Source: a virus (taxonomy: Duplodnaviria > Caudoviricetes). Taken from it: DNA of 53,047 bases. This document shows positions 1 through 8,866 of the stretch, one piece after another. Position 1 is the stretch's first letter. Every line of letters begins with the position of its first letter. The stretch is from the IMG/VR virus record IMGVR_UViG_3300021509_000001, positions 1-53,047 of that record. The stretch is one strand, 5' to 3'. The notes under the pieces were generated by a model that saw only the letters and a list, made by a program, of their open reading frames with translations, did not search any database and was not told the origin of the DNA. A program made the translations under genes and the position numbers.

Positions 1-156
1 TCAAGATGGCGGGCGAGTGGCTCGCCGTCCTGGAGGACCAGCGCCTTGTCGGCGTTGCGAAGTTCAAAGCACCGAAGCCTTTAACGGTCGAACAGTTCCG
101 CAAAGCGTACGATCTCCATCGCATTTCCGAGGCAGAGAGACTGGCCTGGTGGATGG
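1..156. repeat. Terminal overlap with 52892-53047 (circular/terminally redundant assembly, unit length ~52,891 bp)
   Basis: 31-156 is identical to 52922-53047; the first 30 nt differ at 4 positions (4, 14, 27, 30). Confidence 0.95.
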
Positions 157-2609
157 ACAAGCGCAAGCTATGGCTTTACCCGGTCGAGGAGATGTGGGCC
201 TATCCGACTCCGATCGAGTATGATGTGCCGCCGGGAATACAGACTTTTCTCAAGGAAGTTGTCCTTCCCAGTCGGGAGAAACTCATAAAAGTTGAGCCGA
301 TTGAGAAGCTGCATCTCGAGGAGTTCAGGGCGGAGGGGATAGATGAGGATCTCAAACACCCCAAGGAGAGAAGACAGCAACTGATCGCTGATTTAAGATA
401 TTGCGGGAATTCGGCTTATCCACGACTGAAGGCCGGAAAGAAATGGGGAAATTGGACTCTTGACCTTGTCCTCCGTTACTTCGGAAAGATAGTTGATACG
501 TTGAGGACAAAAATCGACCCGTCTTACTTCCCTGAGCCGCCTCCAGGAGACCCGAAATGGAAAACCAGTTGGTGGCAATGCTATAAGGAAGCCAAAGAAA
601 AGGGCTACCTCAAGACGAAGCCTCAAGAGAAAGCCAGGCAAGCAGCCTTGGGCCTCGTCTACCGCGACGGCGAGATCCTCTTGATCAAGCGCAAGAACGA
701 GCCTCGCGTTTGGAGCCCGCCCGGTGGCTTCCTTTCTGGCCGCGATCCCGTAACTGCGGCTTTGGAGGAAGTCCAGGAGGAGACCGGCGTGCTGGCCGAT
801 CCCGTGATGGACGAGCCGTGGCGGGAGATCACTGTCGGAGGAGTGCGCTTGCATTTGGTTCCCATGCGCTGGATCGAGGGCGAGGGCGAGCCTTTGGCGG
901 AGGCCGACGAGGTTGGCTGGTTCGGGCTCGACGAGCTCCCGGAGCCGATCTCGCCTTCCCCCGAAGTCCTCCGCGCCGGCCAGGCCGTCGCGAAAGACGG
1001 GCTGGGCGAAGCGAAACTGAGGGAGGCGTTCGAGAAGCTCCCCGACGCCTTCGTTGTCGTTCCAGATTGGGCTTCCCTGACCGGGTCCGCGATTTACGGC
1101 AAGAACCGCAAGCCGCACGATATCGACATCGTCCTCCGGGCGGACGCGCCGTCCGGTTCGCTCCTCAAGCTGGAACGGGCCCTAAAAGAGGCGATAGGCG
1201 AAGGCTTGCCCGTGCAGTTCTCCCTCGAGCCCCAGGGTCCGACTTGGGCCTACTCGCCCCTTTACACCTTAGTTGCAGTGAAGAATCCGGAGTTCGAAAT
1301 CAGATCATTGCCGGAGCCTGGGTTTGCCGAGCGGTTTTACAAAGCGGCTGTGCAGGAGGACATTTCTCAGATCAAGCCGCTGGAGCCGGTAGCTCATTAC
1401 AAGGCGGCTGGAGAGTTCTACGGAGGAGAAGAGGAAGAACTTTGGGAGAAATGGGCCAGGCGGGCTGTCGAGCGTGGCGAAAAGATTTGTGTGCAGCCAA
1501 AAGCTGACGGTTTCAGGGTGCATCTTCATAAGAAAGGATCAGAGTTTGCAGTGTTCACCGAGAAGGGCCTCGAGCGCTCGGCCGTTTTCCCGGACTTCCC
1601 GAAGTTGATCGAAAAACTCCCTTGCCACGAATGCATCTTGGACGTGGAAGCGATGGCCTATAAAGATCCCGGATGGAAGCATCCCCAGAACCGGTGGGAG
1701 ATGGCCTGGATCGGGTCCGCGAAGGAACCGCATGACGAACCAGTCACGTTCTGGGCGCACGACATCCTGTGGCTCGACGGGAGGAACGTCTCCGGCCTCC
1801 CTTACCTCGAACGGCTGAAGCTCCTCCGAAAGCTGATCGGCGACGGCGTGACGGCGGGCAAGTTGCGGATCGTGGTCATGCCCACCAAGATCGCGACCGG
1901 CAAGCGAGGGCTCTTGGAGGCGCTCGAATGGGCCGATTCGCAGCGGCAATGCAACTCCGAAGGGGCGATGTGCAAGTTCCTGTCCTTCAAGTACGACACC
2001 GGGGTTCTGGGCGGAGTCGTGAAGTACAAGACGGTTCCGGAGCTGGACACGTTGGCCATCGGTTGGCGCAAGGTCCCGGCGGGCAAGCCTCCGCACGTGC
2101 ATTGGACCAGAGAGCAGGCTTTCAAGGAACTTCCCAAGTTGCTCGAGAAATCGAACACGTACATCTTCCGGTGCGCGCTCCGGAGCGAGGAAGACCCGAA
2201 CCTGTGGCTCCCGCTGGAAGGGGACCACGAGCTTTCGGAGTCCGACCTCAAGCTGGATTGGGACGAGGAGAAGCAAACGTGGAAGGGAACGGACGATCCC
2301 AAATACTGGACCATGCTCCCGGGCTGGCCGGAGCGCAAGGCTGGAGAGCTGGCGTACGGCAACACGTACGCCTGCAAGGTGGAGGACCCGTCCTGGCTCA
2401 AGAAGGGCCTGGTGATCACGGTCCGGCCCGCGGAACTCAGGCCGTTCAAAGGCGAAGACGGGAAGTGGCACATCTCTTGGCAGCATCCTCTGTCGCCGAA
2501 CCCCAAAGAACCCGGTTCGCCGGTCGGGAGCGTGGAAGCCGCCTTGCGCGCCTACAAGCTCGATCCGAAAGACTTCCAACCTTTGGCGTGGAGGAAGTGG
2601 AAGCTATGA
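6..2609 (+). CDS. Polyvalent protein: ASCH - unknown - NUDIX - minimal nucleotidyltransferase - ATP-dependent ligase (5' end lies across the junction at ~52795)
   Basis: Nudix box GGFLSGRDPVTAALEEVQEETG; nucleotidyltransferase motif TGS...HDIDIVL; ligase motifs QPKADGFR (Lys codon at 1500), ILDVE, FWAHDIL, EGAMCK, KYK; N-terminus resembles ASCH. Confidence 0.8.
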   Translation: MAGEWLAVLEDQRLVGVAKFKAPKPLTVEQFRKAYDLHRISEAERLAWWMDKRKLWLYPVEEMWAYPTPIEYDVPPGIQTFLKEVVLPSREKLIKVEPIEKLHLEEFRAEGIDEDLKHPKERRQQLIADLRYCGNSAYPRLKAGKKWGNWTLDLVLRYFGKIVDTLRTKIDPSYFPEPPPGDPKWKTSWWQCYKEAKEKGYLKTKPQEKARQAALGLVYRDGEILLIKRKNEPRVWSPPGGFLSGRDPVTAALEEVQEETGVLADPVMDEPWREITVGGVRLHLVPMRWIEGEGEPLAEADEVGWFGLDELPEPISPSPEVLRAGQAVAKDGLGEAKLREAFEKLPDAFVVVPDWASLTGSAIYGKNRKPHDIDIVLRADAPSGSLLKLERALKEAIGEGLPVQFSLEPQGPTWAYSPLYTLVAVKNPEFEIRSLPEPGFAERFYKAAVQEDISQIKPLEPVAHYKAAGEFYGGEEEELWEKWARRAVERGEKICVQPKADGFRVHLHKKGSEFAVFTEKGLERSAVFPDFPKLIEKLPCHECILDVEAMAYKDPGWKHPQNRWEMAWIGSAKEPHDEPVTFWAHDILWLDGRNVSGLPYLERLKLLRKLIGDGVTAGKLRIVVMPTKIATGKRGLLEALEWADSQRQCNSEGAMCKFLSFKYDTGVLGGVVKYKTVPELDTLAIGWRKVPAGKPPHVHWTREQAFKELPKLLEKSNTYIFRCALRSEEDPNLWLPLEGDHELSESDLKLDWDEEKQTWKGTDDPKYWTMLPGWPERKAGELAYGNTYACKVEDPSWLKKGLVITVRPAELRPFKGEDGKWHISWQHPLSPNPKEPGSPVGSVEAALRAYKLDPKDFQPLAWRKWKL

Positions 2610-4864
2610 TCGAAAAGCAAAAGGGACCTTCGATCGAGTATCCACCCAAGCCTAATGAGGTTAAGCGATTTATAGTACAATCTCATGCGAGGGGTCGGAG
2701 CAATCACTGGGACTTCCGCTTCGCGCTTAACGACGTCGCGGAAGGTTGGACCGTGAACGCGAACGTGGAAGGCACGATCGAGATCCCCATCGTGACCCTG
2801 GCGCAACTCAAAGCCCTCCACGAGGACCAAAGGGCGTGGAAGGTGGACCTCGAGACCGGCAAGATCCTGCCCCGCAAAGTGAGGACCACCATCCGGGGCA
2901 AGACCAGGATCGTGGTGCGTCCCGGCAACCTGTTCGCGACTCCCAAGGCGGCCGTGATCCCCAAGGAATGGATGGACGTCGAGGGGCGGACTCCCTTCCC
3001 TCCCGACTGGCCGAAGACGGTTCTGGAGTGGTGGGACAAATGGCCTAACTACGTCAGGGCCGAACTCCGAAAGGCGGGCTGGGATCCGGAACGGGCCCGG
3101 GCGATCCTGGACGGGAAGGAGAAATGGGAAGTCAAGGAGGTTCCGGTCGGGGCCACGCGTGCCTTTCCAGGAGTTTTCTACAAGTTCGAGGACGGTTTGT
3201 ACACGCCAGGCGCCCGTCGCCCGTGGTTCATGGAGTACCACATCGAGCAAAGCAGGTTCTTCCAAGGCAGGCTGTGTTTCCGCCTCGTGACGCGCGAAAA
3301 GGCCGAGAAATCCACGGCTTGGCAGGAGCTCGTGGCTTCCCGGTTCTTCATCGTGGACGGGCCAGGCGGGGCCAAGATCGTGAAGCAGGTCTTGCCGCCG
3401 GCCGAAGCGGAGGAGGAAGCCAAGCTTCCCGGTTTTTGGATGTTCCAGACTCCCGATCCTCTTGGAGAGATACATCCTTACGTCCTTTCGGAGGAAGCGA
3501 TCGAAAAGAAATGGCTGCCTCCGAGGCCTGCGTCGGCCTTGCCGCAGAAGTTCCAGAAGGAAGCCCCGAAGGAACTGAGGTTCTGGACGATCGAGGACAA
3601 GGAAAAGGCCCTCGAGGCCAGGGAAAAGCTGGCGGAGTTCTTTGAGTCGGGAGCCAAAAAGTCCTTCCCGGTCGTGAAGTTGCGAAAAGGAGAGTTCAAA
3701 CTTGTCGCCCAGCACTGGCGGGGTCCGGTCATCATCAGGTGGGGCCCGAGCGCTTCGCTTTACCATCTCCTGATCAAGGTCGGCTCCGATCGCTGGCTCA
3801 TCGGCTTGGATAACGATCCCCGGATAAGGGAGGCGGTGGCCGGTTTCTCGGAGGACATGGACCTATGGCGGGAGCTCTGGGAGACGAAGGAGCGCCGGGA
3901 CGTGGAACCCGGGACCGACCTCAACCCCACGAAGAACACGCCTTCCTGGATCGAGCTGGCCGACGAGGGATTGGTCGAGATCATGGAGCAAGAGGCGGGC
4001 TTTCTCAAGCTCAAGCTCGGGGGAAAGAAACTCGAGGGCCTTTGGGTCCTGACTGAAGAAGAACCCGGGGCCGGGATCTGGGCCTTCACGAAGGAGGAAG
4101 TCGCGCCCCTCGCCAAGGCCCTGAGGGCCGTCCTTCAACTCCACTCCTGGGAAGGCGGGAAGGAATACGACCTGCGGCTCGAGCGCCCCGAGGGCTGGAT
4201 CTGGGAGTTCCACTTTAAGGAAGATCCGCGCGAGGTCGAGGACCAACTCGCTCCCGGTAACAAGTGCTACGACCTGACTTGGCTCGAGATAAAGGAGCCG
4301 GAGAAGCGGAAAGTGCAGGGAGTCTGGACCCGAGTCGAGCCGCTGGAGTCCGGCTCTGTCGTTTGGGAAGAATTCGTGCCGGATTCGATCAGGTTCGCCC
4401 TGACCGGGATGGGAGCCCTGTCTGGCACTTGGACCGCCTCCCTGCGGGAAGGCGGCTGGCTAATCGAAAAGCTCGTGGAGAAAAGCCTGCCCGTCGAGAT
4501 CATAAGGAAGGACGCCAAGAAGCGGGTCGTGACCGGCATCGTGCTCGAACCGGGCACGAAGGATGCGCAGGGGGACATCATACCGGCGGAGGAGATCGAG
4601 AAGGCTGCATGGGATTTTTTGGCCAAGTGGAGATATACAGGACTGCACCATGAGGGCGAGCCCGATCCGCGCTTGCAGGTGGTGGAGAGCTGGATCGCCC
4701 CGGTCGAATTCAGTTTTCCCGAAAACAAGAAATTCGTGGTAAAGAAAGGGACGTGGCTCCTTTCGGTGAGGTGTCCGCCCGACGTTTGGGAGAAAGTCGA
4801 GAAAGGCGAGCTGAGGGGTTTCTCGATCCAGGGGATGGGCAAGCGAAAGCGGCTGGGTCGGTAG
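2606..4864 (+). CDS. LigD-type 3'-phosphoesterase-like domains fused to a C-terminal XkdF-like prohead serine protease
   Basis: ATGA overlap with the upstream gene; FIVQSH-x5-HWDFRF motif and two degenerate copies; C-terminal VTGIVLEP..DAQGD..HH..VESWIAP..KGTW..GELRGFSIQG. Confidence 0.8.
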   Translation: MIEKQKGPSIEYPPKPNEVKRFIVQSHARGRSNHWDFRFALNDVAEGWTVNANVEGTIEIPIVTLAQLKALHEDQRAWKVDLETGKILPRKVRTTIRGKTRIVVRPGNLFATPKAAVIPKEWMDVEGRTPFPPDWPKTVLEWWDKWPNYVRAELRKAGWDPERARAILDGKEKWEVKEVPVGATRAFPGVFYKFEDGLYTPGARRPWFMEYHIEQSRFFQGRLCFRLVTREKAEKSTAWQELVASRFFIVDGPGGAKIVKQVLPPAEAEEEAKLPGFWMFQTPDPLGEIHPYVLSEEAIEKKWLPPRPASALPQKFQKEAPKELRFWTIEDKEKALEAREKLAEFFESGAKKSFPVVKLRKGEFKLVAQHWRGPVIIRWGPSASLYHLLIKVGSDRWLIGLDNDPRIREAVAGFSEDMDLWRELWETKERRDVEPGTDLNPTKNTPSWIELADEGLVEIMEQEAGFLKLKLGGKKLEGLWVLTEEEPGAGIWAFTKEEVAPLAKALRAVLQLHSWEGGKEYDLRLERPEGWIWEFHFKEDPREVEDQLAPGNKCYDLTWLEIKEPEKRKVQGVWTRVEPLESGSVVWEEFVPDSIRFALTGMGALSGTWTASLREGGWLIEKLVEKSLPVEIIRKDAKKRVVTGIVLEPGTKDAQGDIIPAEEIEKAAWDFLAKWRYTGLHHEGEPDPRLQVVESWIAPVEFSFPENKKFVVKKGTWLLSVRCPPDVWEKVEKGELRGFSIQGMGKRKRLGR

Positions 4865-4869
4865 CGATC

Positions 4870-4898
4870 TTGACGGTTCCTTCGTTCAGGTGTAGAAT
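4870..4898 (+). promoter_or_regulatory. Sigma70-like promoter
   Basis: TTGACG-17-TAGAAT. Confidence 0.65.
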
Positions 4899-4915
4899 TC
4901 CTTGAGGTGGTGGTT

Positions 4916-5134
4916 ATGTACGTGTCGTTCCGTTCCTTTATCCGCAAACGGCACAACCGGGAAGATGAAATGGTTGTGAACGTGGCGACCCACGATATCA
5001 ACTTCTGGAAGAGCGCTCTGGTGCCTTCCGACGATTCTCCGACCGTGGTCTGGGCGAGCACCTGCTCATCTAACTCTTATACTGGAGGTGAAGTGAGCCA
5101 ATGGCTGATAGGTTCCGGAAGCTTTATGACGTGA
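4916..5134 (+). CDS. Small hypothetical protein
   Basis: Follows promoter, GAGGTG RBS; overlaps next gene. Confidence 0.35.
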   Translation: MYVSFRSFIRKRHNREDEMVVNVATHDINFWKSALVPSDDSPTVVWASTCSSNSYTGGEVSQWLIGSGSFMT

Positions 5135-5343
5135 TCGTGATCGACCCGAGGGAAGAGCGGGTCCTGGCCCGCGAGACGGTATTCGGCGATGACGAGAAGG
5201 AAGCCCTCGTGGCGGCCGACATCAAGAGCGTCGCCGAGAAACACGGCTTGAGGATCAAGGACTTGTCCATCGGCGTGGTGGAGTTGTGCGACGTGAAAGT
5301 GCCCGAGGAGGAAGTCAAGAAGGTCAAGATCGTGGAGGACTGA
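5101..5343 (+). CDS. Hypothetical protein (80 aa)
   Basis: GGAGGTG RBS, typical codon usage. Confidence 0.75.
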   Translation: MADRFRKLYDVIVIDPREERVLARETVFGDDEKEALVAADIKSVAEKHGLRIKDLSIGVVELCDVKVPEEEVKKVKIVED

Positions 5344-5384
5344 ATACTTGATGCTCGCAAACATGTTTTGTGAAAGGAGGGACC

Positions 5385-5483
5385 GTGCCTAAATGCCCCG
5401 GCGGCAAGATCCGCTCGCGAGGCAAAGGTCGCGGGCTAGGACGTGGGAAGGGCAAGGGTCCTATCGGAAGGCCGAATGGGTAG
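5385..5483 (+). CDS. 32-aa Gly/Arg/Lys-rich basic micropeptide
   Basis: AAAGGAGG RBS then GTG; MPKCPGGKIRSRGKGRGLGRGKGKGPIGRPNG; below the ORF-track length cutoff. Confidence 0.65.
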   Translation: MPKCPGGKIRSRGKGRGLGRGKGKGPIGRPNG

Positions 5484-5489
5484 GGAGAG

Positions 5490-6248
5490 TCAGATCCGCG
5501 ATAGGTGCCGGTAGAGCGGTCCGAGTTCTTGGCGGATCCTCCGTTCGATCTCCGGTTTGACGTTGTCCAGCGGCGGAGGCACCGGGCCCCTGACTTTCGC
5601 CGTCGCGGCGGTCATGGCTCCCTCGGGAATCGGTTCGCCGATGTGCGAGTAAATCGCTTCGACCCAGGCTTTGGGATCGAAAGCCCCGAGGTCCAGGATG
5701 AGGTCTTCCGACTTCATTTGGCTCAAGCAAGTTCGGTAATGCTGCTTTAATTTTTCTATGACCGTTTCCGGATCTTCTTCGGACGAGATTCCCGTCCGGT
5801 AACTGCGGTACTGGTCCAGCGGCGGCCTGACCGTGACGATGATCTTGGCTTCGGGAAACAGCGTCCGTATCAGGTCCAGGTGGAAGCACGAGATCGCCTT
5901 CCAGCCCCAGATGCGCTTCCTTTTGAGCAAGGTCCGGAAGAAGGTCCTGTAGGCTTCCAGTGCGGTTTCGCGCGGCGGCACGAGCCCGCCGGTCCATTCC
6001 GTCGCCAGGTTTTCGCCTTCGGCCAACCGTCCGTACAGTTCGCGGTCCCGATCCGCGAAGCTGTCGCGGAAGCGTTCCTGGCTGTTCCAGGATTCTGCCC
6101 AGTGGCGCTCGGCAAGCTCGAAGCCTCCGATTTCGCCCCAGATCCAGGCGTCCGGATGCGCGTTTATTATCCGCTGGACCAAAGTCGTTCCGGTTCTCGG
6201 TCCCGCGCCAGCGATGAAGACCGGCTTTTCTTTGGCTTGCATGTTCAC
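5490..6248 (-). CDS. Sulfotransferase family protein
   Basis: PAPS loop VFIAGAGPRTGTTLVQRII.AHP, WGWK, FPEAKII.TVR.P; own promoter TTGCTG-17-TAACCT just upstream. Confidence 0.85.
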   Translation of the reverse strand: MNMQAKEKPVFIAGAGPRTGTTLVQRIINAHPDAWIWGEIGGFELAERHWAESWNSQERFRDSFADRDRELYGRLAEGENLATEWTGGLVPPRETALEAYRTFFRTLLKRKRIWGWKAISCFHLDLIRTLFPEAKIIVTVRPPLDQYRSYRTGISSEEDPETVIEKLKQHYRTCLSQMKSEDLILDLGAFDPKAWVEAIYSHIGEPIPEGAMTAATAKVRGPVPPPLDNVKPEIERRIRQELGPLYRHLSRI

Positions 6249-6393
6249 GGTCAAAGGTTAAAGGCCCGAAAGCCTAACAGCAAGTCCGGACTGGGGAGCG
6301 TTGAGGCCAGCGTTTGAAACCTCTTCTCTTTGATATTCCCTTCTGTGAAAATCCTTGACTTGCCTTCCCACTATCCCTGACTATCAGGGTGCA

Positions 6394-7404
6394 ATGAGGG
6401 AACCTGCGGAACTCAAGGAAGAAAAGGAAGACCGGGCGACACTGCTCACCGATTTAGTAGTGCCCCGGGTCGATCTGGTTCGCTTTCCCGCGAACCTCCG
6501 AGAGTTCCTGGTTCTCAAATCCAGAGAAGGAGGTGTTAGCATGGCCGACACTAATGAGGTTCTCGACCTTGACGAGGCCTTGAAGGAAGAAGATCAGGCC
6601 GCGCCCGAGGTCGGGAAGGAAGAGGAACAGGTCGTCTCCAATGAGGCCAAGGCTACCGTTCAGCTAACTGACGATGAAAAAGCTAAGCTCAAGGACGCCC
6701 TCGAAGCCTTGTACCCGCTACGCGAGAAGTTTCCGCGCATTGTGAACTTCTTGGGCAGTCTCCTGGGCTATCCCAAGGCTGTGGAGACCGCCCCCGCTTC
6801 GCCTTACCCCTCTGTTTATCCGTACCCCAGGCCTTACTACGGCTATCCCAGCATCCGGAAGGCGATCGAGGACAAGCTTTCCGATCTTCCCGACGAGGTG
6901 CGGGAGCAGGTCTTGAAGGCTTGGGACGCCGAGGTCGAAAAAGCTGAGAAGGCTTTGGCCGAGCAGCAGGAGAGGATGGAGGCTCTTGTCAAGGCGGCCA
7001 AGCAGGAGGCCGCGGAACTCCGGAAGGAGCTTGACGAGCACAAGCGCAAGCTCCGCGAACGCGAGTACGTCGAGCTCGCCAAGTCTGAGTTCTCTGGCCT
7101 TCCCGGCATGAAGCCTGAGGAACTGGGCCGGCTCTTGATGCGGGCCGAGGAGTCCCTTGGCGAGGAGGACTACAAGAAACTCACCGGGCTTCTCAAGACC
7201 GTCTCCAAGGTCATCAAGAGCTCCGCGCTGTTCGAGGAGTTGGGCTCCGCTTTGGCGGAGGACTCTCCCGAGCGGGAGCTCGAGACCAAGGCGGAAGAGC
7301 TCGCGAAGTCCGAGAACATCCCGCTGGAAGTCGCCAGGGGCGAAGTGTTGAAGCGCGACAAGGAGCTGTTTAGGCGGCTCCGCGGTAGAGGGGGTGGTCG
7401 CTGA
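6394..7404 (+). CDS. Capsid scaffolding protein (possible second start at 6541)
   Basis: Coiled-coil, position before cement/MCP; N-terminal LTDL...VDLVRFPAN..FLVLKS segment; internal AGGAGGTG RBS before ATG 6541. Confidence 0.75.
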   Translation: MREPAELKEEKEDRATLLTDLVVPRVDLVRFPANLREFLVLKSREGGVSMADTNEVLDLDEALKEEDQAAPEVGKEEEQVVSNEAKATVQLTDDEKAKLKDALEALYPLREKFPRIVNFLGSLLGYPKAVETAPASPYPSVYPYPRPYYGYPSIRKAIEDKLSDLPDEVREQVLKAWDAEVEKAEKALAEQQERMEALVKAAKQEAAELRKELDEHKRKLREREYVELAKSEFSGLPGMKPEELGRLLMRAEESLGEEDYKKLTGLLKTVSKVIKSSALFEELGSALAEDSPERELETKAEELAKSENIPLEVARGEVLKRDKELFRRLRGRGGGR

Positions 7405-7784
7405 TGGCGCAGGCGTGGGAAGCTGGCCAAATTTTGGTGACGGGCGTCGCTGGCGCCGACCTGTCGGACAAGCAGTTCCGGTTCGTGCGCATCAGCGGCG
7501 ACAATACGGTGAACGCGATCTCGGCCACCTCGCAGGCTCCCGCCGGGGTCCTGCAGAACGACCCCGAGAGCGGGGAGGCGGCCGCCGTGGCCATCGCCGG
7601 GATCTCGAAGGTCGTGGCCGGGGGCACCGTCACGGCCGGGAACGTCGTGACGTGCGACAACCAGGGCCGGGTCGTTGACGCGACTTCGGGCGGCTATGAG
7701 GTCGGGATCGCTTGGACCGGCGCGTCGAACGCGGGGGAACTGTGCACCATCCAGATCCTCCCGTCCGGCGTACAGGCTTCTTGA
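7404..7784 (+). CDS. Capsid cement/decoration protein (DUF2190-like)
   Basis: AGADLS..QFRFV, GVLQNDP..GE.A.V...GISKVVAG; directly upstream of MCP. Confidence 0.85.
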   Translation: MAQAWEAGQILVTGVAGADLSDKQFRFVRISGDNTVNAISATSQAPAGVLQNDPESGEAAAVAIAGISKVVAGGTVTAGNVVTCDNQGRVVDATSGGYEVGIAWTGASNAGELCTIQILPSGVQAS

Positions 7785-7799
7785 AGGAGGTGAGACGGA

Positions 7800-8804
7800 A
7801 TGGCGCAGCCTACTAGCAGCCAAGTGCACGTGGACACCGCCCTGACGAACATCGCCATCGCCTACAAGCAGTCCGTGGACAAGCTGATCGCCGACAAGGT
7901 CTTCCCAGTCGTGCCGGTGTCCAAGCAGTCCGACAAGATCTTCAAGTTTGACAAGGACTATTGGATGCAGGTCAAGGCCGGCATCCGGGCGCCGGGCACC
8001 GAGTCCAAGGGCGGCGGCTTCGAGATCTCCTCCAGCCAGACCTACTTCTGTGACATCCACGCCTTCCACGTGGACCTCGCCGACGCGACTGTGAAGAACG
8101 CCGACATAGACGACCTCGAGCGCCAGGTCACGGAGTTCGTGATGTGGCAGCTCCTCCTCGAGCGCGAGGCGGACTGGGTCTCGAATTTCTTCGACGACAC
8201 CGGGAAGACTCCCGGGTCCGACTTCTGGACCGTGAAGACCCACGCTTCTTCGGGAGGGGACTATCTCCTGTGGACCAACGCCAGCTCCGACCCGGTCGAG
8301 GAGATCCTCGAACTCTGCGACGAGGTCGCCAAGAACACGGGCTTCCGTCCGAACATCTTGGTCCTTTCTCCGCCCGCGTTCCGGGCCCTGAAGATGCACT
8401 CCAAGATCCAGGCCCAGGTGGTCTACACGCCAACCGCCAAGACCGACGTCAAGGGCCTGGTGACGCCGGAAATGCTCGCCGAGCTGTTCGAGCTCGACAA
8501 GGTCCTCGTGGGCTACACCGCGCAGGCGACGCACGCCGAAGGGGCGGCCAGCTCCTCGTATTCCTTCGTGTTCGGGGACGACGCCCTCCTGGTGTACGCC
8601 CCGCCGAATCCGGGCCTTTTGATCCCGACCGGCGGCTACATCTTCGAGTGGACCGGGTACAACTCGGGCTACTCCGTGGCCGTGTCCTCGTTCTACATGG
8701 ACCACCTCAAGGCGACCCGGATCGAGGGCGAGATGGCGTACGACGCCAAGATCATGGCTCCGGACTTGGGAGTGTTCTTGAAGAACTGTGGATCCAAAAG
8801 CTGA
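7800..8804 (+). CDS. Major capsid protein
   Basis: VHVDTALTNIAIAY..IADKVFPVVPV, G.RPN.LVL motifs; strong RBS; synteny. Confidence 0.92.
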   Translation: MAQPTSSQVHVDTALTNIAIAYKQSVDKLIADKVFPVVPVSKQSDKIFKFDKDYWMQVKAGIRAPGTESKGGGFEISSSQTYFCDIHAFHVDLADATVKNADIDDLERQVTEFVMWQLLLEREADWVSNFFDDTGKTPGSDFWTVKTHASSGGDYLLWTNASSDPVEEILELCDEVAKNTGFRPNILVLSPPAFRALKMHSKIQAQVVYTPTAKTDVKGLVTPEMLAELFELDKVLVGYTAQATHAEGAASSSYSFVFGDDALLVYAPPNPGLLIPTGGYIFEWTGYNSGYSVAVSSFYMDHLKATRIEGEMAYDAKIMAPDLGVFLKNCGSKS

Positions 8805-8811
8805 TGACGCC

Positions 8812-8865
8812 ATGATAGGGGTCCATCTCAAGGACTGGGACATCGAGGTCGGTATCCAGGTATAA
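8812..8865 (+). CDS. 17-aa peptide MIGVHLKDWDIEVGIQV (or +1 extension of MCP)
   Basis: IGVHLKDW is identical to the N-terminus of ORF 26785, with 5 of 8 codons synonymously different. Confidence 0.45.
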   Translation: MIGVHLKDWDIEVGIQV

Positions 8866-8866
8866 T

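Noticed and set aside
1769-2605. 1031-aa version of the PE-protease ORF, or a frameshift fusion with the ligase gene
   Set aside because: The upstream part is an Arg/Gly-rich shadow frame over the ligase; the ATGA overlap at 2606 with an RBS explains the start
7170-8843. 557-aa minus-strand ORF opposite cement/MCP
   Set aside because: Codon-aligned antisense shadow typical of GC-rich genes; no domain or promoter, unlike the intein antisense gene
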